Made by a program: the position numbers and the translations under genes
The notes under the pieces: model-generated
The model's database searches: none
What the model was told of the DNA's origin: nothing
The model's input: the letters and a program-made list of their open reading frames with translations, nothing else
Shown: positions 38,544 to 48,598 of the stretch, piece by piece
Position numbering within the stretch: position 1 is the first letter of the stretch
Layout: each line of letters opens with the position of its first letter
Source: a bacterium
GTDB taxonomy: Bacteria; Patescibacteriota; Dojkabacteria; JAKAPS01; JAJZLI01
NCBI GenBank assembly: GCA_021810605.1
Contig: JAJZIL010000004.1
Location: forward strand, 1-60,664
Direction: 5' to 3'
DNA length: 60,664 nucleotides

Positions 38544-39713
38544 ATGTTAGTAAAACCTCAATCTTTTGATAATTCTGCTAAAATAAAGGTAGTTGGTGTT
38601 GGTGGTGGTGGAAATAATGCTGTAAATACAATGATTTCTGTATATAATATATCAGGAGTAGATTTTATATCAATAAATACAGATTCTCAAGCTTTAAAAA
38701 ATTCTCTTTCAGAAACAAAAATACAAATAGGCAGTGAGCTTACAAAAGGGTTAGGTTCTGGAGGTGTTGCTTCTGTAGGAAAACAAGCTGCTGAGGAAAG
38801 TATAGATCTTATACATGATGCTTTATCTGGTGCAGATATGGTATTTATTACTGCAGGTATGGGAGGAGGAACTGGTACGGGAGCTTCTCCAGTAATTGCA
38901 GGAATAGCAAAAAACTTAGGTGCATTAACTGTAGGAGTAGTAACAAAGCCATTTGCATTTGAAGGAAATAAAAGAACTCAGACTGCAATTGATGGTATCG
39001 AGGATTTGAAAGGAAAGGTAGATACTCTTATTGTAATCCCTAATCAAAGATTATTAGATATAATTGATAAAAAAATAACTTTTATAGAAGCAATGCAGAC
39101 AGTAGATGATATTTTAGGTCAAGGTGTAAAAAGTATATCTGAACTTATAACTAAGGCAGGTATGATAAATGTTGATTTTGCAGATGTAAAATCTATCATG
39201 GTTGATGCTGGTACTGCACTTATGGGTATGGGTATATCTACTGGAGAAGAGAGATCAAAAGAGGCTGCTAAACAAGCTGTTAATAGTCCACTATTAGAAT
39301 TATCTATAAATGGAGCTACTGGTGTATTATTTAATATTACTGCAGGAACTGATTTATCTATGCATGAGGTTGATGAAGCGGCTAGTATAATTTCAGGATC
39401 AGCAGATCCAAATGCAAATATAATATTTGGGGCAAGTATTGATGATAGTATACAAGATGGCTCAATTAGAATTAATGTTCTTGCTACAGGATTTGATAAA
39501 GATAAGCAAGATATAATTATAAGAGATTCTGAATATATTCATAATAATAAAGAAAAATTTTCTGTAGAAGATAACTCAGAGGAGGATCTGATAGAAGATA
39601 ATGATAATTATAGTAAGACTCCAAGTACTAAGAATCCAGATTTTGATGTAAAAGAAGAAACAGATGATGATTATGATACTCCAGCATTTTTAAGAAGAGT
39701 TGGATCAAGATAA
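38544..39713 (+). CDS. ftsZ: cell division protein FtsZ
   Basis: 389 aa. [15 protein letters not shown], the tubulin signature [22 protein letters not shown], an acidic linker and the C-terminal conserved peptide [10 protein letters not shown]. Confidence 0.97.
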   Translation: MLVKPQSFDNSAKIKVVGVGGGGNNAVNTMISVYNISGVDFISINTDSQALKNSLSETKIQIGSELTKGLGSGGVASVGKQAAEESIDLIHDALSGADMVFITAGMGGGTGTGASPVIAGIAKNLGALTVGVVTKPFAFEGNKRTQTAIDGIEDLKGKVDTLIVIPNQRLLDIIDKKITFIEAMQTVDDILGQGVKSISELITKAGMINVDFADVKSIMVDAGTALMGMGISTGEERSKEAAKQAVNSPLLELSINGATGVLFNITAGTDLSMHEVDEAASIISGSADPNANIIFGASIDDSIQDGSIRINVLATGFDKDKQDIIIRDSEYIHNNKEKFSVEDNSEEDLIEDNDNYSKTPSTKNPDFDVKEETDDDYDTPAFLRRVGSR

Positions 39714-39723
39714 ACAGTAATAT

Positions 39724-40731
39724 ATGCAGTTAGACTTTAATGTTTCTCTAGATTTATTTAATAATCTTATAAATCTTACAGAGATAAATTTCAAACTTAA
39801 ACTTTTAGATGTTTCTTATAAAATTATAGAAGATATAAATATTGAAGATTTTGTATATTTTTCTAAACTTTTAAATCTTGATATAGATACAATCGATATT
39901 AGAACTTATGCTTTAGGATTACATAAGATTGAAGATAATTTTTATAACCATATTACTGCAGGTTATAGAAATAGTAATGAAATGATACATTCATTTGATA
40001 TTTATAAAAATGATATATTTTCTTTAAATATTATATCAAGAATAAACAGGGTTATAAGTGAGAAGACTGTTGAGGTTTGGGAAAGTGGAAAATTGAGGAA
40101 TGATGATTTTCCATATAATGGAGATCACGATTTTTTTTATATTTCAAAGATGATTTCATCTGATAAAATTAATGATTCATTATATAAATTAGTTACATTT
40201 TATAAAAATGAAGAATATCCTAAGATCTTAAAAGTATTTATAATTACTTATAATCTTTTTTTATTAAAACCATTTTGTGCATTAAATGATTTAAGTATTA
40301 TTGTTATAATGAAGCTTTTATTTTTTGATATTGATTTCTTCTCATATATCCCCTATTTAAAAATAATTTATGAAAATAAAGAAGATTTAGATATATCTTT
40401 AGATTTGAATATATGGATAAATAACTTTTCTAAGATTATAGTAGATAGTCTTAGAGATGAATATGATTATATTTTGAAGTATACATCTTTAGAGAAAAGG
40501 AGATATTTATCGGATAAATTAATATCAAAACTAAATCAGCGACAGAAAAATATATTTTTCTTTCTTTTAGAAAATAAAAATATATCTAGATTAGAATATT
40601 CAAGAATATATAAAGTATCAGCAATGACAGCATACAGGGATCTAAATGATATGAAAAAGAAGAATATACTAGCATCTTTTGGCAATGGAAGGGGTCTGCG
40701 TTATACTATTCTAGAGAAATTCTTAGTTTAA
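39724..40731 (+). CDS. Fic-fold-like protein with degenerate catalytic motif and C-terminal winged-helix domain
   Basis: 335 aa. The segment ITYNLFLLKPFCALNDLSIIVIMKLL lines up with the Fic core (H)PFxDGNGRxxR but keeps only P, F and one N. The C-terminal LNQRQKNIFFFLLENKNISRLEYSRIYKVSAMTAYRDLNDMKKKNILASFGNGRGLRY is the wHTH seen at the end of many Fic proteins. The assignment is by eye only. Confidence 0.5.
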   Translation: MQLDFNVSLDLFNNLINLTEINFKLKLLDVSYKIIEDINIEDFVYFSKLLNLDIDTIDIRTYALGLHKIEDNFYNHITAGYRNSNEMIHSFDIYKNDIFSLNIISRINRVISEKTVEVWESGKLRNDDFPYNGDHDFFYISKMISSDKINDSLYKLVTFYKNEEYPKILKVFIITYNLFLLKPFCALNDLSIIVIMKLLFFDIDFFSYIPYLKIIYENKEDLDISLDLNIWINNFSKIIVDSLRDEYDYILKYTSLEKRRYLSDKLISKLNQRQKNIFFFLLENKNISRLEYSRIYKVSAMTAYRDLNDMKKKNILASFGNGRGLRYTILEKFLV

Positions 40732-41528
40732 TATTGGCTTATAATTGATTCATAGTAGGATAGTGCTCTAGATCCTAGTACTACTTGTCCTGTTACTTTA
40801 CCATTTGAATATTTTCCAATAATAAATGTAGGTGTTCCTTGTATTCCGATTCTATTCCCAGCATTTATATCTTTTTGAATATCAGATTGAAATGTACTAT
40901 TTTGGATACAACTTTGATATGTGTTCATGTTTAATCCCATATTTTTTGCATATCCAGAGACCACACTTGGAGTATTTGTATCCTGATTAGTATTATACAT
41001 TTTATTTACAAATTGCCAAAATTTACCTTGTTCTGCAAAACATCTAGATTCTTGAGCCATACCCAATGCTAATGGGTGTATTGTAGTTAATGGGTAATCT
41101 CTAAAAGAGTAGACTATATCTCCAGTATTTATGTATCCACTTTGTAAAGATGAGAAAACAGAATTATAAAAATCTTTACAATAAGGGCATTGAAAATCTC
41201 CAAATTCAACTATACCTATTTTGGCAGTTTTAGTATTACCAAGTACTGGGTTTGTTCCTAATGATACTGTAGCTGTAGCATTTGTATCTCCTGAAGTATT
41301 ATTCCCATTTACATTATTTGGTTGAGGAAGTGTAGAAGATGAGGAGGAATTTGTATTTGTATTGCTAGAGTTAACATTATTACTTGGAGAAGAAGTGTTT
41401 CTGTTGGAAATAAATATTGCTAATGCTATTATTATTCCTGCAATTATAACAGATCCTGGGAGCATATATTTATTTAAAGTACTTTTATTATTTATATCTG
41501 CAGTTTTTGTTATTTCTTCTTTCGACAT
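40728..41528 (-). CDS. DsbA-like thiol:disulfide oxidoreductase, membrane anchored
   Basis: 266 aa. N-terminal TM, Ser/Asn-rich linker, and a thioredoxin-fold domain with the FGDFQCPYCKDFY active site and GTPTFIIG (cis-Pro loop). Confidence 0.8.
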   Translation of the reverse strand: MSKEEITKTADINNKSTLNKYMLPGSVIIAGIIIALAIFISNRNTSSPSNNVNSSNTNTNSSSSSTLPQPNNVNGNNTSGDTNATATVSLGTNPVLGNTKTAKIGIVEFGDFQCPYCKDFYNSVFSSLQSGYINTGDIVYSFRDYPLTTIHPLALGMAQESRCFAEQGKFWQFVNKMYNTNQDTNTPSVVSGYAKNMGLNMNTYQSCIQNSTFQSDIQKDINAGNRIGIQGTPTFIIGKYSNGKVTGQVVLGSRALSYYESIISQY

Positions 41529-41581
41529 AAGATTATTATATCATATTTTAAATTTATTGATTTTAAAAATTCTATATTAGC

Positions 41582-41590
41582 TGGTATAAT
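41582..41590 (+). promoter_or_regulatory. candidate extended -10 element (TGgTATAAT) 6 nt upstream of the gatC ATG
   Basis: ctGGTATAATaaaataATG: TG-n-TATAAT, followed by 6 nt and then the start codon. No SD is present. Confidence 0.35.
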
Positions 41591-41596
41591 AAAATA

Positions 41597-41887
41597 ATGT
41601 CGAAAAAAATTTCAGAAGAAGAACTTTCTAAAATAGCTAATTTATCAAAACTAAAATTAGATTCTAGTAAGATAGATGAGTTTAGTCAGAGTTTAGGAGA
41701 TATACTTTCATATATATCCTCAATAGAAGATATAGATGTATCAGAAATAGATAAATTTTTTCAAGTTAATGATTCTTCAAATATTTTAAGAGAAGATGAA
41801 GAAAAGAAATCAAGTGATTTCTCTCTAGACACTTCTAATTTTATAGATACAAAAGATAAATATATAAAAGTGAAAAAGATTTTATGA
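41597..41887 (+). CDS. gatC: Asp/Glu-tRNA amidotransferase subunit C
   Basis: 96 aa. ISEEELSKIANLSKLKL ... LREDE. First gene of the gatCAB order, with an ATGA overlap to gatA. Confidence 0.85.
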   Translation: MSKKISEEELSKIANLSKLKLDSSKIDEFSQSLGDILSYISSIEDIDVSEIDKFFQVNDSSNILREDEEKKSSDFSLDTSNFIDTKDKYIKVKKIL

Positions 41888-43269
41888 GTATATCTAGTTT
41901 AGTTAAAGATCTAAGAGATAAAAGAATCTCCTCTGAAGAGATTCTAGATACTTATTTTAAAAAAGCATATATTGAGAATAAGGAATTGAATTGTTTTATT
42001 AGTATAAGTGAAGAATATACTAGAAAGAAATTAGCTAATTCCAAGATTGAATCAGAATTATCTTTTATTCCAGGAGTTATAAAAGATAATATAAATGTAA
42101 AAGGGACAATTTCTACTGCGGGTTCTAAAGTTTTAGAAAATTATAGATCTCCATATACAGCAACTGTTGTTAAAAATTTAGGGAATTTTGCATTAATTGG
42201 TAAAGGTAATATGGATTCTTTTGCTTTTGGATCTTCAACTGAAAATTCAGGATTTGGTGTTACTAAAAATCCACTAGATAAAAATAAAGTTCCTGGAGGA
42301 TCTTCTGGAGGTGTTGCAGCTGCTGTAGCTAGTGATCTTGTGTTATTTGGTATTGGAACTGATACTGGAGGGTCAGTAAGACAACCAGCTGCATTTTGTG
42401 GACTTGTAGGGTTAAAACCTACATATGGGTTATGTTCTAGATTTGGGCTTATTGCGATGGGATCTTCTTTTGATGTTCCAGGTATAATAACTAAGAATGT
42501 TACTGATTGTTCTATAGTACTAAATTCAATTGCAGGTTTTGATAGTAATGATTCAACTTCAATAAAAGTAGCAAAGAAAGATTATACAAAATTCCCTAAA
42601 TTAGATAATGTTAAGGTAGGAGTAATGAAATTTCCACAAGATGGAGTTTCAAGAGAAGTATTAGATTCTTTTGATAGTAGTATAGATACTTTAAAAAAAA
42701 TGAATGTTGAACTTATTGATATTGATTTTAAATATATTAATTATTCTCTAGCAGTGTATTATATTCTTGTTCCAGCTGAAATTAGTTCAAATATGTCTCG
42801 TTATGATGGAATAAGATTCGGAGATCATCCTAAAGGTGGGTATTCTTCTATTTCTGATTTTTATAAAGATGCTAGAGATAAATTTGAAGATGAGGTGAAG
42901 AGAAGAATAATGATTGGAACGTATACTCTCTCTCAAGGATATTTTGATGCATATTACAATAAGGCAACTCAAGTAAGAAATTTAATAAAAATGGAATTTA
43001 GTGATGTATTTAAAGATATAGATTTCTTGATTTCTCCAACAACCCCTACTCTACCTTTTGATATAGGAAAGAAAATTAATGATCCATTAGAGATGTATTT
43101 GTCTGATATATTTACAGTGACAGCAAATTTGATAGGTTATCCTGCTATATCTATTCCAAATAAAAAATTTGGAAATTTATATTCAGGATTACAGATCTTT
43201 GGAAGACCTTTTGAAGAAGATAGGCTTCTTTCTTTATCTTATTTAATTGAAAGTAAATTATGGAGATAA
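41884..43269 (+). CDS. gatA: Asp/Glu-tRNA amidotransferase subunit A
   Basis: 461 aa. Amidase signature GGSSGGVAAAVA and GTDTGGSVRQPAAFCG. Confidence 0.95.
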   Translation: MSISSLVKDLRDKRISSEEILDTYFKKAYIENKELNCFISISEEYTRKKLANSKIESELSFIPGVIKDNINVKGTISTAGSKVLENYRSPYTATVVKNLGNFALIGKGNMDSFAFGSSTENSGFGVTKNPLDKNKVPGGSSGGVAAAVASDLVLFGIGTDTGGSVRQPAAFCGLVGLKPTYGLCSRFGLIAMGSSFDVPGIITKNVTDCSIVLNSIAGFDSNDSTSIKVAKKDYTKFPKLDNVKVGVMKFPQDGVSREVLDSFDSSIDTLKKMNVELIDIDFKYINYSLAVYYILVPAEISSNMSRYDGIRFGDHPKGGYSSISDFYKDARDKFEDEVKRRIMIGTYTLSQGYFDAYYNKATQVRNLIKMEFSDVFKDIDFLISPTTPTLPFDIGKKINDPLEMYLSDIFTVTANLIGYPAISIPNKKFGNLYSGLQIFGRPFEEDRLLSLSYLIESKLWR

Positions 43270-44696
43270 AAACTATTGTAGGATTAGAAATTCATGTACA
43301 GCTGAAGACAGAAACAAAAATGTTTTGTTCTTGTTCTGCAAAATACTTTGAAGATGATGCCAATACTCATCTTTGTCCAGTATGTCTGGGATTGCCTGGA
43401 TCTCTTCCTGTTATGAATAAATCAGCTATAGTACAAGCAATAAAAGCTGGAAAGGCTTTGAATTTCACTATTAATTTAAAATCGAGATTTGATAGAAAAA
43501 ATTATATGTATCCTGATTTATTTAAAGGATATCAAATTACTCAATTTGAATTCCCAATTGATACTGATGGACATGTAGTACTTTCATCAGGGAAAAGAAT
43601 TAATATATATAGAGCACATATTGAGGAAGATACTGCAAAATCTATTCATGATAAAGAGTATACTTTACTTGATGGAAATAAGGCTGGAGTTCCTCTTTTA
43701 GAGATTGTATCTTCTCCTGAATTATTTTCTAAGGAAGAAGCAAAAGAATATGCTAAAAAAATATATAATACTCTGAGATTTATTGGAGTATCAGATTGTG
43801 ATATGGAGAAAGGACAAATGAGGTTTGATGTAAATGTTAATTTAGAGATTACTAAGAATGGTAATTTATATAAAACTCCTATTTGTGAAGTGAAGAATCT
43901 AAACTCATTTAGATCGATGGAGAGAGCAATTGAATATGAATCGAAGAGACAATTAGATGAATTTGAGGAAAATGGTATAGTTTTAGCTAAGGGTAATAAG
44001 ACAACCAGAGGTTGGAATGATAATTTATCAAAAACATTTTTTCAAAGGGATAAGGAAGAAAGTGATGATTATAGATATTTCCCTGAGCCTGATTTACCCC
44101 CATTAATTCTTTCAGAGGCTTTTATAAAAGATGCAATATCTTCTATAGATATACTTCCTACTGATGCTTATAATTCTTTGATTAATAAGTATTCTTTATC
44201 AAAAGATATTGCTGAATTAATAATAGAAGAGAGAGATTATTATGATTTCTTTATGTCTACTTCTTTAAAATATAAAAATTATATTAATTTATCGAATTGG
44301 ATTACTACAGAGATTTTAGGAATAATTAAGGAACATTCATTAAACATCTCAGATATAGATAAATATACATTGATAAAAATTCTAGAGAGTATAGATAAGA
44401 AAATAATTTCTGTATCTTCTGGAAAAGAAATTCTAAGATCTGTTATTTTAGATAAAACTAATGTGGATATATTAATAGAAAAAAATTCTATTAGTAGTGA
44501 TTCTGGTAAGGTTGATAGTATAATTAATAAAGTACTTGTATCTCATAAAGATACAGTAGAAAAGTATTTAGAAGGAAAAGAAGGTGTATTAGGATTTTTA
44601 ATTGGTCAGGTTGTAAGAGAGATGGATGGAAGGGTTGATCCGAAGGATGTAAGAGAAAAAATACTTGTAGTTATAAATAAAATTTACAAAAATTGA
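43260..44696 (+). CDS. gatB: Asp/Glu-tRNA amidotransferase subunit B
   Basis: 478 aa. GLEIHVQL.T.TKMFC, CPVCLGLPGSLP, RKNYMYPDL, and RAHIEEDTAK. Confidence 0.95.
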   Translation: MEIKTIVGLEIHVQLKTETKMFCSCSAKYFEDDANTHLCPVCLGLPGSLPVMNKSAIVQAIKAGKALNFTINLKSRFDRKNYMYPDLFKGYQITQFEFPIDTDGHVVLSSGKRINIYRAHIEEDTAKSIHDKEYTLLDGNKAGVPLLEIVSSPELFSKEEAKEYAKKIYNTLRFIGVSDCDMEKGQMRFDVNVNLEITKNGNLYKTPICEVKNLNSFRSMERAIEYESKRQLDEFEENGIVLAKGNKTTRGWNDNLSKTFFQRDKEESDDYRYFPEPDLPPLILSEAFIKDAISSIDILPTDAYNSLINKYSLSKDIAELIIEERDYYDFFMSTSLKYKNYINLSNWITTEILGIIKEHSLNISDIDKYTLIKILESIDKKIISVSSGKEILRSVILDKTNVDILIEKNSISSDSGKVDSIINKVLVSHKDTVEKYLEGKEGVLGFLIGQVVREMDGRVDPKDVREKILVVINKIYKN

Positions 44697-44781
44697 TAAT
44701 ATATTTTTAATTTGATATATTATCAATAATGATAATGTATGACGCCCAACACATACTCTCTTTATATATATTCATATAAAA

Positions 44782-47700
44782 ATGGCTAAGTTTACTCATC
44801 TACATTTGCATACTGAGTATTCCCTGCTAGATGGGATGAGTGGTATAAAAAATTTAGTAAAGAGGATAGAAAGTTTAGGTATGGATTCTTGCGCAATTAC
44901 CGATCATGGGGTATTGTATGGAGCTCATGAATTTTATGAAGAATGTAGAAAACATGGAATAAAGCCAATAATAGGGTGTGAAATTTATATAGCACCCAAA
45001 TCTAGACTGGAAAAAACTTCTTCTGATTACTCTCACTTGGTATTACTATGTAAAAATGAGATTGGATATAAAAATCTAATACAAATTGTATCAGATTCTT
45101 ATATTAATGGATTTTATTATAAACCTAGAACAGATTTAGAGTTTTTAAAAGAACATTCAGATGGATTGATTGCTCTATCAGGGTGTTTATCATCTGATAT
45201 ATCTAAGGCACTTATTAATAATGATATTAAATTAGCTTATAAATATACAGAAGAATTTATAGATATATTTGGTAGTGAGAATTTTTTTATAGAGATGCAG
45301 AGGAATGGAGTCAATGAAGAATATAGTATAGAAAAATCTCTCTTTGATATAGCTTATAAATACAAATTAGACGTAGTTGCTACAGTAGATTCTCATTATA
45401 TAAACAAGGATGATGCTTATGCACATGAAGTACTTTTATGTATTGATACTGGAAAGAGTATAGATGATCCCTCAAGAATGAAATTTGATTCTGATGAGTT
45501 TTATATAAAAAGTGATAAGGAAATGTTAAAACTTTGGAAGGATCATCCTGAGGCGATTGATAATACTCAAAAAATTGTAAATATGTGTAATCTTAAGATT
45601 GAGTTTGAATCATTTATATTTCCTGATGTAGTAATCCCAGAAGAGTATAAGTCAGATTATGATAAATATCTAAGAGATTTATCATATCAGAGGGGGAAAG
45701 AAAGGCTTGAAAGAGATTTAAATGAGGAAGAGATAAAAAGGGTAGAATATGAATTAGATATAATTAAATCGAAAGGGTTTTCTAGTTATATGTTATTAGT
45801 TTCGGATTTTACAGATTTTCTTCACAATAATAATATTCCTACAACTACAAGAGGATCAGCTGCTGGTAGTATGGTAGCTTATCTTATAGGTATAATTCCT
45901 ATTAATCCATTAGTATTTGAATTATCTTTTGAAAGGTTTTTAAATCCTTTAAGGCCTAAGGTTCCTGATATTGATTTAGATATAGCAAGTGCAAGAAGAG
46001 AGGACGTTTTGGATTATGCAGTAAAAAAATATGGTGAGGATAGAGTTTCTCAAATAGTTACTTTTGGAAGAATGAAAGCTCGTGCTGCTATAAGAGATGT
46101 AGGAAGAGTTTTGAAAGTTCCTTTATCTACAGTGGATAAAATAGCTAAACTTATACCTCAAGGAAGGTTTTCTATAAAAGAGGCTTTAGTAAAGATTCCA
46201 GAATTGAAGGAGTATGTAAAAGAGGATCCTTTAATTGGAGAGATGTTAAATATTGCTAGTAAAATGGAAAATATAGCAAGGCATGCATCAATTCATGCTT
46301 GTGGGGTGTTGATAACTCCTGATTCTTTATCCCAGTATGTACCTATTTTATTTGATAAAAAAACTAATAGATTAGTATCTCAGTATAATATGGTTACGTT
46401 AGAGGAGTTAGGTTATATGAAAATGGATTTTTTAGGTTTGAATAATCTAGATATTATATCTGAAACTCAAAGATTAATAAGTCAAAGTACAGGTGAAGAG
46501 GTTAATTTTGAAAAAATTCCATATGATGATAAGAATACATATAAGTTAATTCATTCGGGTGATACTCTTGGTGTATTTCAGTTAGAGAGTAGAATTATGA
46601 AAGATGCAATAAAAACGCTTAAACCAGAGACAATATTTGATATTGCAGCTCTAATTGCTCTTAATAGACCTGGTCCTATGGCAAATATTCCTACATATGC
46701 TGCAAGAAAAGATGGTAAAGAGAAAGTTAAATATCTAGATCCTAGAATGGAGTCTTATTTATCTAGGAGTTATGGTGTAATGGTATATCAAGAAGATTTA
46801 CTTAGAACTGCAATTAATCTTGCTGGTTTTGATTGGGGAGAAGTTGATAAAATTAGGAAAGCTACAGGAAAGAAAAAACCTGATATTCTATTAGAGTTAA
46901 AAGATGAGCTTATACAGAGATTTATTGATCATGGTATGAAGGAGAATGTAGCAAAGGAATTGTTTGAGTTATTTATTCCTTTTGGTAATTATGCTTTTAA
47001 TGAAGCTCATGCAGCATCTTATTCTGTGATATCTTATAGAACAGCATATCTGAAAGCTAATTATCCCGTAGAATTTCTTGCTGCTCTACTACAATCTCAC
47101 TTAGGTGATTTAGAAAAAATTTCAGAGATAGCATCTGAGTCAGAGAAAAGAAAGATAAAGATACTTTCTGTAGATATAAATAAATCAGATATAGATTTTA
47201 AGATTGAGGATGGGAATATAAGGTTTGGATTGAATAGTATTAAAGGTTTATCTTCTTTAAGTACAAAATCTATAGTAGAACAAAGAAATATATTAGGAAG
47301 GGAATATGAATCAATTGATGAGTTAATGTCTCATATAGATATAAAACATTTTAATAAAAAGACTTTTGAGAATTTAATAAAATCTGGTGCAATGGATTGT
47401 TTTGGCTCACGTGCATCACTTCTTGCAAGTTATCAAGATATACTTACAGATTATAGTAAAAGAGTCGATAATACATATCAAATTGGACTATTTGATACAG
47501 TATCTGATGATATATCACATACAAGGTTAAAAGATGTAAAAGAGGTATCTAATATTCAAAAAGCGTTATGGGAAAAAGAGCTACTTGGAATATATATTAC
47601 AACTCATCCTTTGAAGAGGTTTTTGTCATATTTTACAAGTAGAAAAGTTATTAGTATTTCAGACCTTTCTTCATATAAAAAAGGTAGTAAGGTTATTGTT

Positions 47701-48216
47701 GGAGGTATATTACAAAACCTTAATCACTATACAACGAAGAAGACAGGAAAAAGAATGCTGTTTGCTAGGTTAGAAGATATATCTTCAGCATGTGATGTAA
47801 TTGTATTTCCTGATGTATATGAAAGTATAAAGGATAAAATTAAGGATAATGGGAGTATTGTAGTAGTAAATGCTATTTTAGATACAGTTCAGTCAGATGA
47901 GGATGATGATAGTATTTATTATAAATTAATAGCAAGTGATATTGAAAATGTTAGTATGAAGGATGTAAGAGAATATAAAAATAGAAAGGTTAGTAAAGTA
48001 GAATTGAATTTATCAAAAGATATAACTAAGGATAAACTTAAAGAAATTAATTTAATCATAAATAAATATTTAGGTGGAGATACATTAGTTTCATTAAGAG
48101 TATTTAGGGATGAGGAGGAAAAAATTATGAATCTTAAAAATAGAATTGATTTTAATAATGACTTTTTAACTAATATATCTTCTATAATTGGTGATGGAAG
48201 AGTTTCTGTATTTTAA
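44782..48216 (+). CDS. dnaE: DNA polymerase III alpha subunit
   Basis: 1144 aa. PHP domain start FTHLHLHTEYSLLDG, palm region PDIDLDI, HACGVLI, and an OB-fold region near the C-terminus. Confidence 0.96.
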   Translation: MAKFTHLHLHTEYSLLDGMSGIKNLVKRIESLGMDSCAITDHGVLYGAHEFYEECRKHGIKPIIGCEIYIAPKSRLEKTSSDYSHLVLLCKNEIGYKNLIQIVSDSYINGFYYKPRTDLEFLKEHSDGLIALSGCLSSDISKALINNDIKLAYKYTEEFIDIFGSENFFIEMQRNGVNEEYSIEKSLFDIAYKYKLDVVATVDSHYINKDDAYAHEVLLCIDTGKSIDDPSRMKFDSDEFYIKSDKEMLKLWKDHPEAIDNTQKIVNMCNLKIEFESFIFPDVVIPEEYKSDYDKYLRDLSYQRGKERLERDLNEEEIKRVEYELDIIKSKGFSSYMLLVSDFTDFLHNNNIPTTTRGSAAGSMVAYLIGIIPINPLVFELSFERFLNPLRPKVPDIDLDIASARREDVLDYAVKKYGEDRVSQIVTFGRMKARAAIRDVGRVLKVPLSTVDKIAKLIPQGRFSIKEALVKIPELKEYVKEDPLIGEMLNIASKMENIARHASIHACGVLITPDSLSQYVPILFDKKTNRLVSQYNMVTLEELGYMKMDFLGLNNLDIISETQRLISQSTGEEVNFEKIPYDDKNTYKLIHSGDTLGVFQLESRIMKDAIKTLKPETIFDIAALIALNRPGPMANIPTYAARKDGKEKVKYLDPRMESYLSRSYGVMVYQEDLLRTAINLAGFDWGEVDKIRKATGKKKPDILLELKDELIQRFIDHGMKENVAKELFELFIPFGNYAFNEAHAASYSVISYRTAYLKANYPVEFLAALLQSHLGDLEKISEIASESEKRKIKILSVDINKSDIDFKIEDGNIRFGLNSIKGLSSLSTKSIVEQRNILGREYESIDELMSHIDIKHFNKKTFENLIKSGAMDCFGSRASLLASYQDILTDYSKRVDNTYQIGLFDTVSDDISHTRLKDVKEVSNIQKALWEKELLGIYITTHPLKRFLSYFTSRKVISISDLSSYKKGSKVIVGGILQNLNHYTTKKTGKRMLFARLEDISSACDVIVFPDVYESIKDKIKDNGSIVVVNAILDTVQSDEDDDSIYYKLIASDIENVSMKDVREYKNRKVSKVELNLSKDITKDKLKEINLIINKYLGGDTLVSLRVFRDEEEKIMNLKNRIDFNNDFLTNISSIIGDGRVSVF

Positions 48217-48557
48217 AATACTCCGACAGTACTTTTCATAATTCTTGATAAATATTCTAAATCTTTTTGTGAAATTTCCTTTTTTGTAAATTGGTTCTCT
48301 ATTTTCCCATCATAATTTACTATAAATATTTTTTTAGGATATGAATCTATTTCTTTAAAAGGGTCTCCTACTACTATTGCAGTGTAATCTTTAAATGAAA
48401 CTAATGCATATACTGTACTTTCTATTTCTTCAGACTTGGAATCAATAATTTCTGAATATAGAGTTACAATTGGTGCAATTCTTTCTATTTTTCTAATATA
48501 TTTGTTTATCTCTTGTTTTAGATAGTTTAATTCTGGATTATTTAATTTTTCTGGCAT
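48213..48557 (-). CDS. hypothetical protein
   Basis: 114 aa, soluble-looking. Last gene of the rplU...rnhB minus-strand string. No family recognised. Confidence 0.45.
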   Translation of the reverse strand: MPEKLNNPELNYLKQEINKYIRKIERIAPIVTLYSEIIDSKSEEIESTVYALVSFKDYTAIVVGDPFKEIDSYPKKIFIVNYDGKIENQFTKKEISQKDLEYLSRIMKSTVGVF

Positions 48558-48598
48558 TTTGTAATTTTAATCTTAAGATATCTTATTATAAATAGAGA

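Noticed and set aside
44737-44756. Hairpin GTATG-N10-CATAC after gatB, as a possible intrinsic terminator.
   Set aside because: It has only a 5-bp AT-rich stem with a 10-nt loop and a poor U-tract, so it is too weak to call.
44782-48216. Inteins or introns in large genes (dnaE, uvrA, ileS, mutS).
   Set aside because: Protein lengths are normal for each family, and the conserved motifs are contiguous. No Cys/Ser...HN splice-junction insert is visible.
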